Positions 1 to 13,049 of a DNA stretch of 64,000 nucleotides are shown here, in pieces; within the stretch, counting starts at the first letter, position 1, and the number at the start of each line of letters is the position of its first letter. The DNA lies in NCBI RefSeq assembly GCF_036321535.1, contig NC_087436.1:100628001-100692000 (forward strand), read 5' to 3'. The notes under the pieces were generated by a model, which saw only the letters and a list, made by a program, of their open reading frames with translations, was not told the origin of the DNA and ran no database searches. Both the position numbers and the translations under genes were made by a program. Source of the stretch: Camelus dromedarius (Eukaryota).

Positions 1-486
1 TCAGAATTCACATTTCAACAACAAAGGAGGCCAGAAAAGTCTGTTGATGGATGTTAAGAGCTTCCTGCAGATGAATGTCATAATACTTTTTGATCACTAT
101 GGGTGAGACATTCTATGCAATATGCTCCACTTAAACGGATGTCATTCTAATCCCCCCATGTTTGCAGTTTCCAAACAAACTAAGGAAGAAGGAAAACAAG
201 GAAGGGAGATGACACATAAGAAGTGAAAAAAAGAAATTCAATTAAAATTTGAGAGGAGAAAGCAAAAAGAAAACAGTGAAGAGTAAGATGGATTTCAGAA
301 TGTATAAAATTAACATGAACGATGTGAAAGTAACAGAATGGCAAGCAAAGGCAGAAGAAACAAGGTGTGGGAAAAAATAATTAAAATATTTCATGTCATA
401 AAATGTTACATTTCATTTGTCTTTCAGAAGATTTGCAGCAAACCATGAACTTTATTGTTTCTTCTAATCTGAGAGTAGCAACAAGA

Positions 487-560
487 GTTGAATTGAACCT
501 AAATGTTCAACAAATACATTTGGGTACCTCTGACATTTTAGCAGGTTTTGTATTGCACTG
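487..560 (-). mobile_element. L2 3'-end fragment
   Basis: ttcaacaaatacatttgggtacctctgacattttagcagg resembles the reverse-complement L2 tail. Confidence 0.5.
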
Positions 561-600
561 ACATCACCAAGTTTGTAGAATATAGTAGGACCATCCAGAA

Positions 601-3007
601 CTGACCTGACCAATACAGTAGCCACTAGCCACATGTGGCCACTAAGCACCTTAAATGTGACTAGTGGAGCTAAGGAACTAAAAATTTAATGTAATTTAAT
701 TAATTGTAATTAAAGTTAAACATTGCATCATTGTATAATATTTTTGATCACACACAATGTTGCTATTTTTGTTGGATTACATTTCACTTGAATTTTGTTA
801 GATAGCATTGCTGTGAATTGTAGTGGCCATGTTCAATGCATGCATTGCTTCTAACGTTATAAATAAACTTATCGGCAGTCTAGTTGGTGTCAACAAATTA
901 CTACAGTTCAATTGTTCTTTGATGCATAAATGTAACTTTGTAATATGTTTTAAAATGTTGTGAAACAGCATGTTCCATAGATACATATGTAAATAATAAT
1001 AATGAAATGGAAAGATTGATTTTTTTAAATTATAATTTCTTTTCAAATTGAAAAAAGTGTATGAATAAAATTTAAAATTTAAAACAAAGGCATAATAGTA
1101 TTGATGCAAAACACATGAACTTAAACTACCACTGCCATGCCAGTGATAAAAATCAAAAAGACCGGAAGACTGGCTGCAGATTTCATGATTAGTGCAACTG
1201 CACTTGGTTATGGCAGAATAAAATGGAAAAGCTTTCTGTTTGTTGGGTAAAATAGTATTAAAAATAATAAGGTATACAACAGGAACAGACCTTTTCAGCC
1301 AGAAAAGTAAATTTCTTAAGAAATCTCCTCTCAATAGTCAAAAAACTTGATAAAATTGATGACCTGAATTCAAAATTAAATATAAAAAATGTTAACATGA
1401 TCTGATCTTGTACTTTTCACAAACTATAATGCAGATGATTCTTACATAAAAAGAAAATTGTTTTTTGGAGTGATGGTAAAAAAAGAAATATTTCAATGTT
1501 GGTGATTTTTAAAGAAAATTGTGAAAAAGTTAAAGAAAATAGTTTACAAAAACTTTTAAAAATTCTATTAAGTCATCAAACAATTACCAGTTCAACACAA
1601 GACCTTTTGCTTAAACAATATCAAATATCGATTGATCCAAAATTTGATAAATTGTAATTATTTTTTCTTAGCTTTAGATGAGCCATTTTTAATACCAAAG
1701 GACTTTCACTTTTATGAAGAAATATCAATAGGGCCTATTAAGGAAACTCATGGAATAGATATTTTATATCTTTTACTTGTATACCTAATACTCTTACATT
1801 GGCCAGAGAAAAATTTCAGTAAGATGTGGAAAAATTTTCTATCATGATATGAGAAACCCCAAATATCTGAGAGATTGGTGTTTTCCACATTGCTTCACTC
1901 CTCTCTTTAATGCATATGGAAAACATGTGTGCTCACTGAACAGCCGCTGACTCTATGAAAACCGTCACAGGTTTACTGGTTAAAATTACTCCATGTATTT
2001 GCACAGGTGTTTTGAACATCACCAGTTTATGAAGCTTTTGAAATAGATAGAAAATAATGATAGTGTGTTCTTTGGCAAGACTCTCTGACTAGTGGAAGGG
2101 TTTTTACAAAGATTTACCATATTGTTAACTCCAATTCAAGATTTTCTTGAAACAAAAAGAATGCTTGCTAAACATTCAACAGTGAAAGGCAATTTAAATG
2201 GCCCTGTGATTTGCATTTTCTCATCAATATCAAATTAATATGAATATGCTTAATATGAAGCTTCATGTAGATGGAGATCTTCGTGTTACCTAGAGAGACA
2301 AGTATGACAATTTATGATGAAATCTCAACTTTTCATGCAGTAATAATATTTTACATAATTTTCTGACATGAATCAACGGCAAGGAATTTCTATTGTAATC
2401 AACAGCATTCTATAAATTGCCTGCAAAACTATAAGAAAAATTACAGAAATATTCTGTTGATATATTCAGAGTTGCTTTTCAATCTATACAGTATTGCTTT
2501 GAATTCAATGTTAATAAAACAAGTTGACACAAAAATACTTAAATGTAATATTTAAATTACTGTTTTTTCTCAAATCAACTCTTTTTGAAAGACTGAATCA
2601 ACTTTATCAAAAAAATGCAAATATTAGAGGAAAATTATTTTTAATCAATTCTTTATTTGAGAAATACATATTTGGAAGAATTTTGATGTCCAATTTTATA
2701 TATTTAGCTGAAAACATCATGAAATCTAAATAGAAGTAAAATATTTCTGATGAATATTTAGCATCTAAATTGAGATTTGTTGTAAGTAAAAAACACATAT
2801 TGAATTTCAAAGACTGTGCCAAAAAAAGAATGTAAAATGACTCAGTATTTTATATTGATTTATACTGAAACAAAGTTTTGGATATATAAGATTATGTAAC
2901 ATGTTATTAAAATTAATTTCCTTGCTTCTTTTTACTTTTATATGAAGCAGTCATAAAATTTAAATTTATATACATGTCTCATATTTTATTTATATTGGAT
3001 ATAGTTA
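601..3007 (+). mobile_element. Near full-length hAT-Charlie DNA transposon (Charlie5; MER3/MER33-type ends)
   Basis: 5' end ccaatacagtagccactagccacatgtggc; 3' part gatgaatatttagcatctaaattgagatttgttgtaagt...tattgga is MER33-like; 8-bp TSD atccagaa (593-600) / atctagaa (3008-3015) fits the Charlie NTCTAGAN preference. Confidence 0.85.
1140..2830 (+). pseudogene. Disrupted Charlie/SPIN/GTF2IRD2-like hAT transposase
   Basis: Manual translation gives AE*NGKAFCLL (~1213-1245), FFGKTL*LVEGFLQRF (~2066-2114, cf. EVRWLSRGKVLQRF) and WPCDLHFL..MNMLNMKL (~2198-2263, cf. WLCDLAFL..LNELNLKL); many stops and frameshifts. Confidence 0.8.
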
Positions 3008-3215
3008 ATCTAGAACAAATAAAAAAATCAATGCAAAACATCTTGGTCAAAGCAATGCTCAAAGATTAATAACAGGAACAAAAAGGCTCAAACTTTTTCT
3101 CACTATTTAACAGGTGATTTTAACTTATCAAGCATTGACAGTATTTGTTCATAGATGTGTATATTTATCTGGTTATATGTTTTGTTAAACAGTGAGCAAA
3201 ATAAAATTTTTTAAA

Positions 3216-3316
3216 TCAGGGTTTAAATCTTGGCTTTTCCCCTTAAAATTGTACTACATTGAAAACATTACTTCTCCGAGTAGCATTATGGAATAAGTAA
3301 TATCTACTATTTAGAG
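3216..3316 (+). mobile_element. MIR fragment
   Basis: gggtttaaatcttggctttt...gtaatatctact MIR-like. Confidence 0.4.
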
Positions 3317-3669
3317 CACTTCCCCAACTACCAAGGGAGAAAATTAAGAATTTGTAGAACTAAATATTAAATTTCTTTATGAGATCCATAAACATTTTAA
3401 TATGTAATTCCATTTCCTTCCTCAATATACCTCAGAAACCCTGTTCTGGCCAAGGCTACGTAATATATACTCACATACTGGCTCTATTTTTATTAGGAAA
3501 GGGAAATCAAGTTATATATTTTGGACAATAAAATCAAATATACATGGAAACAAATTATTCTTAATAATAATTTTATTCATAGATTTCAGGAAGAAACAAA
3601 TCCTAAAGTATGATTTAAAACAGATTTAGTAAAAATCCTCAGTCCTTAGAAATTATACAAGACGATTCC

Positions 3670-4312
3670 AAGTAATACATGGGTGGAAGAAGAAATCTCA
3701 AAGGAAATGTTTTTAAATTCTTTGAACTAAGTGAAAATGAAAGACAACTTACCAAAGTTAGTGGGATGCAGTGAAACCAGTCCTTGGAGGGAAATATATA
3801 GCTTTCAATGCATATATTAGAAAAAAGGAGAAATCTAAAAGCAATAATCTAAGCGTTCACCTTAGGAAACTTGAAAAAGGAGAGCAAAATAAATTCTAAC
3901 TAAGCAGAAGAGAAGAAGTCATAAAAATTTGAGCAGATATTAATGAAATTAAAATTAGGAAATTAAATTTTTTTTAAATCAATGAAACCAAAACTTAGTT
4001 TTTTGAAAAGATCTCTAAAATCAATTAGTTTCCACCCAAGCTAACTAAGGAAAAAGAGACAGAGAGAAGGCAAGGAGGGAAGATGACACAAATGATTAAT
4101 TTCAGAACTGAAAGAGGGGGCATCACTATAGAACCCACGGACATCAAAAGGCGAATAAAAGAATAGTATTAACAACTTTATGCTCAAAAGTTTGATAACC
4201 CAGGTGAAATGGGTTAATTTCTTGAAAGACATAATCTGCTAAAACTCACACAAGAAAAAATAGATAATCTGAATAGGCCTATATCTTTTAAAGAAATTCA
4301 ATCAATAATTAA
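3670..4312 (+). mobile_element. L1 (L1M) ORF2 fragment downstream of the endonuclease domain
   Basis: gggatgcagtgaaaccagtccttggagggaaatatatagctttcaatgcatatattag, aatcaatgaaaccaaaacttagttttttgaaaagat and ataatctgaataggcctatatc are typical L1 ORF2. Confidence 0.9.
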
Positions 4313-4324
4313 CCTTAATGTCTG

Positions 4325-4540
4325 TGAGTGAACCCTAATGTATACTCTGAACTTTGCATGATAACTAGGTGTCAATGTAGGGTCACAAGTTGTAACAAAC
4401 ATACCAGGCTAATGCAAGATGTTGATAACTGGGGAGACTGTTTATGCATAGGAGAAGAGGGGATACGGGAACTGTACCCTCTGCTCAATTTTACTATGAA
4501 TCTAAAACTACTCTAAAAAATAAAGTGTATCTAAAAAGAA
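4325..4540 (+). mobile_element. L1MC-type 3' UTR end
   Basis: gtgaaccctaatgta...tgtcaatgtagg...tctgctcaatttt...ctctaaaaaataaagt plus A-rich tail; same family as 42740-42955. Confidence 0.85.
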
Positions 4541-5627
4541 AACATTAAAGAATTAATTCTGAAAATCCAGATTAATTCAGTTCAACAAATTAAACTAGAC
4601 ATTTTTCTACTGTATTTCAGATTGCCTGTTAACAGAGCCTAAGAGGAGTATGTAGGACAGCCTGGTGAAAAGTCAGAGGCAAAATAAAATTCTTAAGAAT
4701 AGAAGAAACAAAGGAAATGTCTTTGTGTAAAAGTTTTAATCATTTCTCAGGGAAATGCACTTACTATTCACAAAATATTTCAGTTGTTTCCAAAGAATTA
4801 TCTAAATCAAGCTCATTGTTTTGAAATAACCAAAAGAAAGATGCAAAAATCAAAAAAAAAAAAAATGCATCTTGCATCCTTCTTTGTTGAAACAGAGAAT
4901 TAAAAATAAAACCAAAGTTCTCAAGGATTTCACTCCCTGAGCACATTGATGTCCATGATAGCAACCATCATTTCCAAAACTTAGATAATTCTTTTTTTTG
5001 ATGAGGGATATTTAATAAAGAATGATTTGTCCTTCTTTATCATTGGACTCTCAAAAGATGATTTTGCACTCTAGCTGGGAAATTAGCTGAAGACTGGAAG
5101 AGTATGTTGGCAGCCAGTGAAGCATCCTGAACTTTCAGCTTTTGCAGCAGCATTTTATGTCTGGGAAACACATGAGTATGTTTAGAAAAATTTACTCTCC
5201 CTGACTGTTTGCTAAAATATTTTCTATGTGATTTGGAGAAAGTAAAATATAACAAATAATATATTTGTTTTAATGTTTTATGGGTATATATATTTCTTAA
5301 AATACAAGCATTATTTCAGTGCTTGATAGTAAATGGAATTTGTTCTTATTGTTTGTATTTTCTTTCCATTTTAAATAAAAATTAGATGAAGATATTAATT
5401 TCCCAAGTAGCTCCATTACTGATTTTTATAAAATTTATAGATATTATACATATTAACCCACTCATACACATATGCATAATTAATTGTATTCAAAGTGTGC
5501 TATGTAACTATTGAAAACATTCCAAAGGCTTATAAATTTGAATGTGGTTATGTTTACAAAATATAGCTAATATTAAAAGTTTTCCAATTTTTTTTTTTTT
5601 TATTAGCAACTTCTTTTCAAAACTTTC

Positions 5628-6180
5628 AGTAACAAAGTTTCTGAACTCAAGGTCAGTTGCTCAGTGCTCAAAAGCCAATAATTTGAGAGGCAAGTGTCAG
5701 TGGAAAGGAAAGGTGCTTTAGTCAGAAAAGTCAGTACTCTGGGGAAATGGTGAACTCATGTCCAGAGATCATCTCCAAAGATTCTGCTCAGCCACGACAG
5801 TTTTTAAAGGGAAAAGTGAGGGGGAAGAAACTGAGTGAATCACTGAGGCAAGAAGTTGGGTTGTTCGTCACTGTCCATTGTGCGTGCAGGCTGGCTGGCC
5901 CTTCAGATGCTATCTTGACTTGTAACCTGCCCGCAGGATGGCTAAGGGGCTGCTGGGGGTCGGGAGCTAATCACTCTTCAACTACTTCACTCTTCATTCT
6001 TAGTTCTTTTTATCTAAGAAAATGTCAGCGGGGTAAACAAGGCATGGTGTGCATCCAGGAGAGCCTACGTCAGGGCTTCGTTTCAGTTGCTTAGTGATCT
6101 CATTCTGATAATTAGTTTCTTTTAAAGTTAGAGGGGGACAGAAATGGGTGAGGAGGAAAGGGACAAAAGGGCTGCTTTCA
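5628..6180 (-). mobile_element. Solo ERV1-type LTR (~550 bp)
   Basis: GC-richer block with agccaataatttgagaggcaagtgtcagtggaaaggaaaggtgcttta..., typical of reverse-complement laurasiatherian ERV1 LTRs; ends ...tttca (tgaaa on minus). Confidence 0.7.
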
Positions 6181-6534
6181 ACAATAACACATTATGTTAT
6201 TTTCCTTAGTGGACGCTGCAGGAAAACTGACTCCATATATGATGAACAGAGTTTTACCTTTACTTTTAGGGTTGCAAACACTGAGAAATAACATTTAATT
6301 CTGGAAATCAGTAGAATTTGTGCACTAATAACAACAAAGACAATTCTAAGTCAATGCAAATCTCTAGGACACAAAATCAAAGTTACCAGGGATGTTTGCT
6401 CCTATAATAGGGGAGTCAATTATTCCTGTGTACAATTTGGCATATCATAGAGACTGTCACATCACCTTCACTGGCGTTACACAAGATATTTGTGGTAGTG
6501 AAACTCAGCAATCTGGGGCAGTGAGGATTAATTA

Positions 6535-6680
6535 GGAGTAAAACAGACACTTAAAAACTTGGGTTCTAGTCTTCACTGGGTCAATTCTGTTTGACTTTGA
6601 CCAATTATCCATTAGTTGTTCTAAGGATTAAATGATGTACTGTGTAACTAGCAATTTTTAGAACACTATTAATTTCTGTA
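6535..6680 (+). mobile_element. MIR fragment
   Basis: cttgggttctagtctt...gttgttctaaggattaaatga. Confidence 0.55.
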
Positions 6681-7072
6681 CCAAGTATGGAGGTTCATCT
6701 CCTTGTGGAATTTAAAGTTGACTTGTGATCATCATTGTGATTCTAAGCTTGGTTAGCAGGCTACGTAAAAAGAAAGAACCCCTGGTTGCAGTTAAGCCTA
6801 ATTTTAACAAACTCTTTTACAGGCAGGGACATATTGGGCAAATTTTACTCTCCTATTGGCCTATACAAAAACAAACAATAAAGCTAAACCCTACAGCAAG
6901 TTTGGTGCTCTCTTAAATAAAATACACTATATGTATCTTAAGTATATTGTATACACACTACAAATAAATAAATGTATACACATATATACACACGTATGTA
7001 TACACACACTCTCAGGAGAGAAAAGCTTACTATTTCCATTTAAGTGAAATATTTTAATATCAAGTAAAATAT

Positions 7073-7206
7073 AGCATTCTTGAGTATTTGCTATGTGTCA
7101 GACATTGAAATAACTTCCTTCCATGTAATTTTTACAAATAAGTACTGTTAACCCCGCTTTTAAAATGAGGGAACTGAGGCTCAGAATGTATAAATAACTT
7201 GCACAA
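7073..7206 (-). mobile_element. MIR
   Basis: ttttaaaatgagggaactgaggctcagaatgtataaataacttgcacaa (MIR core, reverse complement). Confidence 0.8.
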
Positions 7207-10200
7207 ATCGCCTCTTCAACTAAAGTTACTGTTTTGAGTTTTGGAAAACATCACACCTCTCTTTAGCTGCAGCTGTCAACTACATATTTACTTTGTTTGT
7301 TGCCTTCTTAATTGTCTAATATGGCCCTGGCTTCCAGGAACCAGTGTTGGTGATACAGTTCAAAGAACTTTTGACAGCTAACTTCCTGCACGCTCCTGAC
7401 TGAGAAGTAGGAGGCACAGAAGTCTTGCTCATTTCCTTCATTGAGGGAGGAAGTAATAAATCACACCACACCTCATTTTATGATGCAAACACTGCCTGAT
7501 GCCATCATATGTTCAGCACTGTATTAAACCTAACATAACTGTGCAAATATGTAGCTCTCTAACAAAGGCAAGGTGTTCTTAAATTCTTTACTCATCTTGT
7601 GGAAGCTATTCTGCAGCAGAAATAATTGTAATAGATTAGAAAATCAGAATATTTTGTAGTAGTATTTTTAGCACAATATAAGCAGTAAACAGAAACAATA
7701 ACTCAATTTTTTTTGGCATTGGACTGTCCATGGCTTACAGAGTAAGTTATGTCAACAGCTTTAATTTGCATCATAAAATTATTTTTATTTTTAAAATGTA
7801 CAGTGATGTTGAAAATAAGTGTAATCTTGAATAATAATTTCTTTACTTAAAGAATAATCACAAATTTATGTGACCAAAACATTATGTATATTTCCAAGTA
7901 TATTATATCTTCTTTCTAACAGATATGTCTGACAAGCTATTTCTTGCACTGTAGGGAAATACCACAGAAAATTCAGTAAGAATTTACATGATAAAATATA
8001 GGATTTCTGTCATATCTATATTGGACTCATTGGGTTTTTCTCATTTTTCTCTCACCTAATCACTCAGAACATTTACTTCCTTAAAATTCCATAAATCTTC
8101 AGATCTTAAAATGTAAAATTCCCCTTTTATACTCTTCCTCTGCTAAGTTCACATTTAGAGAAATATTAATGACTTTCTTCATGTAAACCATATTTTGTTC
8201 ACTTGCAAATCTTGCTTTCTATGGCCCCTCTAATCCTAAATTCTTCAGTGACAATAAACTTGCTGGGAAAAAAATTCCCCATTCTAAGTGGTGTGGAACA
8301 TCAGTGTTGGCTTTAATGTCAGCTTAATTGCCCTGTGAAAATAAAATGTAAATGCAATGGACCAACTTTAGGTCCCAGATCAGAAAATTCTAATATTCTT
8401 TGTCTCCATTTGGCTATAAGAAAAAAAAAAATTAACACAAAGTTGGAAATGAATGTTCAAGAGGCATCAAGTCAAATTTTCCTAGTAAACTGACATAGCT
8501 GTTTGCCATGAGGAACGTGGAGGCTCTGAAAGGGCTCGCTGCTCTCTTGGGAGCACAAGCATTTTTATGCAACATTAGAAATGCTACTGCACTTTTAGGT
8601 AAAAGATGACCCTGGACCTTTTATTAACCCCAGGCCCTTGAACATTTTCTTTGCTTTCTCTGTAGAGTTTTAACACAGACGACAGCTATACTCCTGTCAT
8701 TCTTCAGCCAGACCTGCCCTTTTTTTTCAGTTGAGCTTTGAGGGAAAAATGAAATATGCCTTTATTTTATCCATTCATTCATTTTATTTTTGTGCAAAAT
8801 TTAACTTTTTAGTAACAGTTTGAAATACTTCTGCTAGATAGTGTGAAATGACAAAAATTACATATATGCACAGAGATAGATAATTGATAGATAGATGGGT
8901 ATTTAGATAATCTCTCTCTCTGTCCACATCCGTATCTGTAGTCCTTCATTTAAAGATGGAAAAGCAGAAATAAACTAGTATAAGTATTAAATTTGACCTG
9001 TATGGAATAACTTCTTTTCCCTAGGACCAGACAGGCCCTCAAATTCAGAATGAGGAAAAATTATTATTTATGTCATCAGTTCTGCCATGGAGAACATTAT
9101 ATTAGCAAATAATACTACGCAAGGTGAAAACCATGTGGTCTATCACACAAAACCAGAGAACATAATTTCAACTTATCCTTGTAACGTAAACTTCAATTTT
9201 TCTAACTTCGTTCAATTGAATTTGCAAACCTAATGTTGCATTAACTTTTACTTAAGCTAATTCTTACCTCTTTTCCCCATTTGTATTTAAAAAAGCTCTT
9301 AGTGTTGAAATTCTATCCCTATTTAAGCAGATCTCTCCCAATAAAACGACTTCCTTGAATTGGATTATTTGCCATACAGTACTTTATTTTCTCTTCCTGA
9401 ATATTTGATAAACATTATCTGGAGCCAATTAACACATTGATCATTTCAATGCTTATTAAAATGCTCTTAATGACTTTTAAAGAAGAAACATGGTTGTATT
9501 AACAAACATTATATAGTGCATTAATCTAGGACATCATGCAGGGAGAAAAAGACATTGAAGGCATAATTCATTGGTTGTATAAAACAGAGTTTTGTTAGCA
9601 GCTTGGTGAAATATTCTCAGAAAGATGTTATAAATATAAGAACAATTTTCTGGTAGAGAAATCAAGACAGCTTAGGGAATTGGTAAGGAGTTATGGGTGA
9701 AATTCTCAAAGGGGGCTACAGAGGCCCCAAGAAAGGGTTTAAATGCACTGGACCGAGGTAGGCAGCTGCAATTGATTTAGCAAGTAGTAACGCAGAACAC
9801 GGGGGAAGAAAAGAACAGAGGAACACGTAGGACTTCTGCCTTGGCTTCCATGTTTTCCTGAAGGCCAAGGACATACTTCTGCCCAAATTTTGAGATTATT
9901 TTCCTTTTTTAAAAAGTATCATCTTCCTTTTTGACTACCAAAGGTGTGTCAGTTTTATAACAACATTGGATTGCTGCACTCTCAGGAGGGCATGAGGCTG
10001 TCTTGTCCAAATGAAAACTCAAAATCGACCTCTCGTTTCTCTGTCACACCTGGAGAAACAGCTTTCATTGTTTGTGTCACCTTCTCAAGGATGAAGGTGC
10101 CCGAGTCAGTCATTTTGCTCAGTAGCTTCCGGGTGGATCTTGATGGTGACAGAACTAGAAAGAAGCCGTGATACATGTGTAGTTAATGCTCTTCCCTTTG

Positions 10201-10539
10201 CTCCTGGAGACAGTTATAACCAGTACACCTGACAACATACCGCATTATTTTAAAGCCTCGTATGTTAGGAATGATTTCATGCTGTCTTTCAGGCAGAACC
10301 TTCCTGGGCTGCCTTGAAACTCAGCAGGATTGTTTCAGGGACTGGAGAGTCACAGTTCCTCGGGTTCAGACAGCTATGGAGACCCCTTCAAATGCCTCAC
10401 AAAGATGAGGCTGTCACACCTTGTCAGGTGGTCTATGCTTTCAGAGCTTTATCCTTTTAAAGGATTTAAAGTGCTCTCATTGCTGTAGAATTTCTTCATT
10501 CACATCTCCCAGTTTTCATGTCCCCTTCTCCCCTCTATA

Positions 10540-10864
10540 CAGTTGACCCTCGAACTACTCAGGGGTTGGGGTGTCCACCCCCTGCTGTCAAAAATCCATG
10601 TGCCACTGTCTCTGCCTCAAAAACAAAAGAATTGATAAATGATTCACTCAAGGACAAGAAAACAGTTTAGACAGAATCAAGACTTAAATCCTAGCTCTTT
10701 TGATTCCAAATATTTTGATGTCTAATTGAACATAAACTTTCCCCTACACTTAGTTAATTTAAAGATCTGTAAAACAAAAATGGAGGAACTATATTTATTG
10801 AAAAAAAAATCTGTGTGTAAGTGGACCCAGGCAGTTCAAACCTGTGTTGTTCAAGGGTCAACTG
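10540..10864 (-). mobile_element. Tigger2-family MITE (Tigger2a-like, possibly the artiodactyl variant), 325 bp
   Basis: TIRs cagttgaccctcgaac / gttcaagggtcaactg, TA on both sides; aaaaatctgtgtgtaagtggacccaggcagttcaaacctgtgttg is the Tigger2 terminus. Confidence 0.9.
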
Positions 10865-11000
10865 TATGGCTTTTCTTCAGCAGAAGGAATCTGTCACTGT
10901 TTATAGACCGCCACTTGCAGCGTTTTACTGTGACACCTCTGTTTATATTTTCTCTTCAGACTAAAATCTTTGCATCTGCCTATCAACTCCACCTTCCATC

Positions 11001-11172
11001 TTGAACAAATTGTTTAACTTCTGCACTTCGATTCTCTCATCTGTAAAATCAGAATTATACTGTCTAACACAGAGGATTTTTAAGATGATCAAACTGAGTC
11101 AGTATGCATAGATACCTAGAGGCATGTTTGTCACAATCTAAGTGTTCTATAGTGTTAGAAATCACTATTAGT
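11001..11172 (+). mobile_element. MIR
   Basis: ttgaacaaattgtttaacttct...tctcatctgtaaaat...cagaggatttttaagat. Confidence 0.75.
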
Positions 11173-11239
11173 GTTGTTGGAAGTTACAATCTTAGATGTA
11201 CTGATTACATATCTTTAACATATTTGTCAACCATACAAA

Positions 11240-11467
11240 ACTCTAAGAAGCATTCTATTGTCTTAATTTTTGTATCTCCTACAACACTCAGTGTATTTCT
11301 GTGTACACACTAGTCCTTCAATGAACACTTGTTAAATTTAGTCCATTGTGAAACAGGATTGGAGAATTTAATTTCAGCTCTTTGGGAGCAGAAATTATCT
11401 CTTCTCTGTATCACCCAGTATATTTTTATCATAAATAGCCAATATGTTGTTTCAGTGAATGACTGAA
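11240..11467 (+). mobile_element. Two adjacent L2 3'-end fragments
   Basis: tttgtatctcctacaacactcag...caatgaacacttgttaaat and agctctttgggagcag...ctgtatcaccc...gtgaatgactgaa. Confidence 0.55.
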
Positions 11468-11956
11468 AAAAACTTTAACAAATAAAGAAATCTTGCTATC
11501 CAATACTTTTTATGTGTTTATGTCTATGCCTCCTTAGTCCCAACATATGTGTCTTGCAAAAATATAACATATAAATACAAATATAATGTCAATGTATTTG
11601 GTATTCAATGTCAAATTGGACCAGTGTTTGAAGAGGCAAATAAAGGGTTATTTGTGATGTCAAGGAAAAGTCTTCCTATTGACTCGATCAAATTGGTGGG
11701 CTCTGAGGAAGGAGAATCTTGGAGAGCTGCACATGGATAAACTATAAATTAGAATGTATTTTGTATAGTTTATATTACCTATAAAATAATTTCAATATTT
11801 CTTCAGAGTCCTTCAATATTTTAAAACTCAGAAATTTGTAAACGAAATTGAGAATACAAATAAATCAGATTTTAGGCAATAAGAAGAAAAAGGTATGTTT
11901 TAATAAGACATTAACAGTGACACCTGGTTGTGTGTATGTTTATATCCATGATCACT

Positions 11957-12048
11957 ATATTATATATATATATACTATATATATATATTATTATATACTA
12001 CAAAGTAGGTTATATAATATGTGTATGTAACATATATCCATATATATG
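11957..12048. repeat. (TA)n-rich simple repeat
   Basis: tattatatatatatatactatatatatatatta... Confidence 0.8.
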
Positions 12049-12084
12049 CAATATGTTCAATTATTTGGGAGACATTTTAAAAAT

Positions 12085-12257
12085 ACCTCAATTTCTCCTA
12101 CCTATAGCCCTGCAAAGTCAATTTTATTGTTCCAGTTTTACAAATGAGGAAATTAGAGTCAAGGAGATAAAGTCAAGGTCACAAGGTAGTAATTGACAAC
12201 ACTGGGTGTCAAATAAGAGTTTGAGCTGCAATTAAAGCCCACATGAATTTTCACTAC
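12085..12257 (-). mobile_element. MIR
   Basis: ccagttttacaaatgaggaaattagagtcaaggagataaagtcaaggtcaca. Confidence 0.8.
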
Positions 12258-13049
12258 GTAACATTTAGAAATGACTTATAGGAAATGTTTTGGCTCATCA
12301 GCATGATTTAAGTCAAGAAAACTTTAGAGAACAGACCGTCTATGCTACTCCAATTCTTTTATAGCAGCGATTCAAATAATAGTGAAATAGAGAAGAAGCA
12401 ATAGTTGATCCTTTGAGGGTAGAAAATACCACCCACCAGGCTCTTTTCTCAAAGTGAGGATTTGGGATTTGAAACCTCATAAATTGTACTACAAACTCTT
12501 TTATTGCTCAGATGTGTTAAAGGTTATTCTGTTTTGAGACCCTCTTAATAGCTTTACCTGTTCTTAGCAAGTAGTAATGATTACTGTTTAAGAATGCATT
12601 AACTACATGTACTGAATAATTATTGTGACACCCAGGGAGCCTCGGCAACTAACATTTAACACACTGGCACAGTTTATTCTAGTACATACTTTAGCACCGT
12701 ATTTAAACCATTTATACATTCAGAAAGCAGGAGAGGGGCAGGAGGGCAGAGAGTTGGCAAGGAGAAGGGTGAGGAGAAAAAGTAGGAACAGGAGGATATG
12801 AAGGAAGAGGTGGGCAGTGGATGAGGCGGGCACAGGTAAAAAGAAGGGAAATGACGGGAAGATTCTACACCTCTTAATATTTTGAAGAGAATAAAAACGT
12901 TATGAGTATTTTTAAAAGGATTTCGGGGTCATGGAGGCACTCCCATGGCTGGAAGTGATTAGAGGAAAAGCTGTCATTTCACGTGTTAGGAATGTTGTAA
13001 CTATCAGACCGAGAGGTGTTCTCTAAGAATTCCATCCTAGCCTGCATAC

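Noticed and set aside
798..1334. Longest ORF (178 aa, minus strand)
   Set aside because: Antisense to the Charlie5 fossil, low-complexity F/Y/L/N composition, no recognisable domain
4325..4540. Similarity to 42740-42955, suggesting a segmental duplication
   Set aside because: Both are independent L1MC 3' ends; the flanks are unrelated
9944..10176. Overlapping ORFs on both strands with an acceptor-like ttctttctag on minus (VLSPSRSTRKLLSKMTDSG...)
   Set aside because: No protein family recognised and no partner exons identified; a BLASTX/tBLASTn search is needed to exclude it completely
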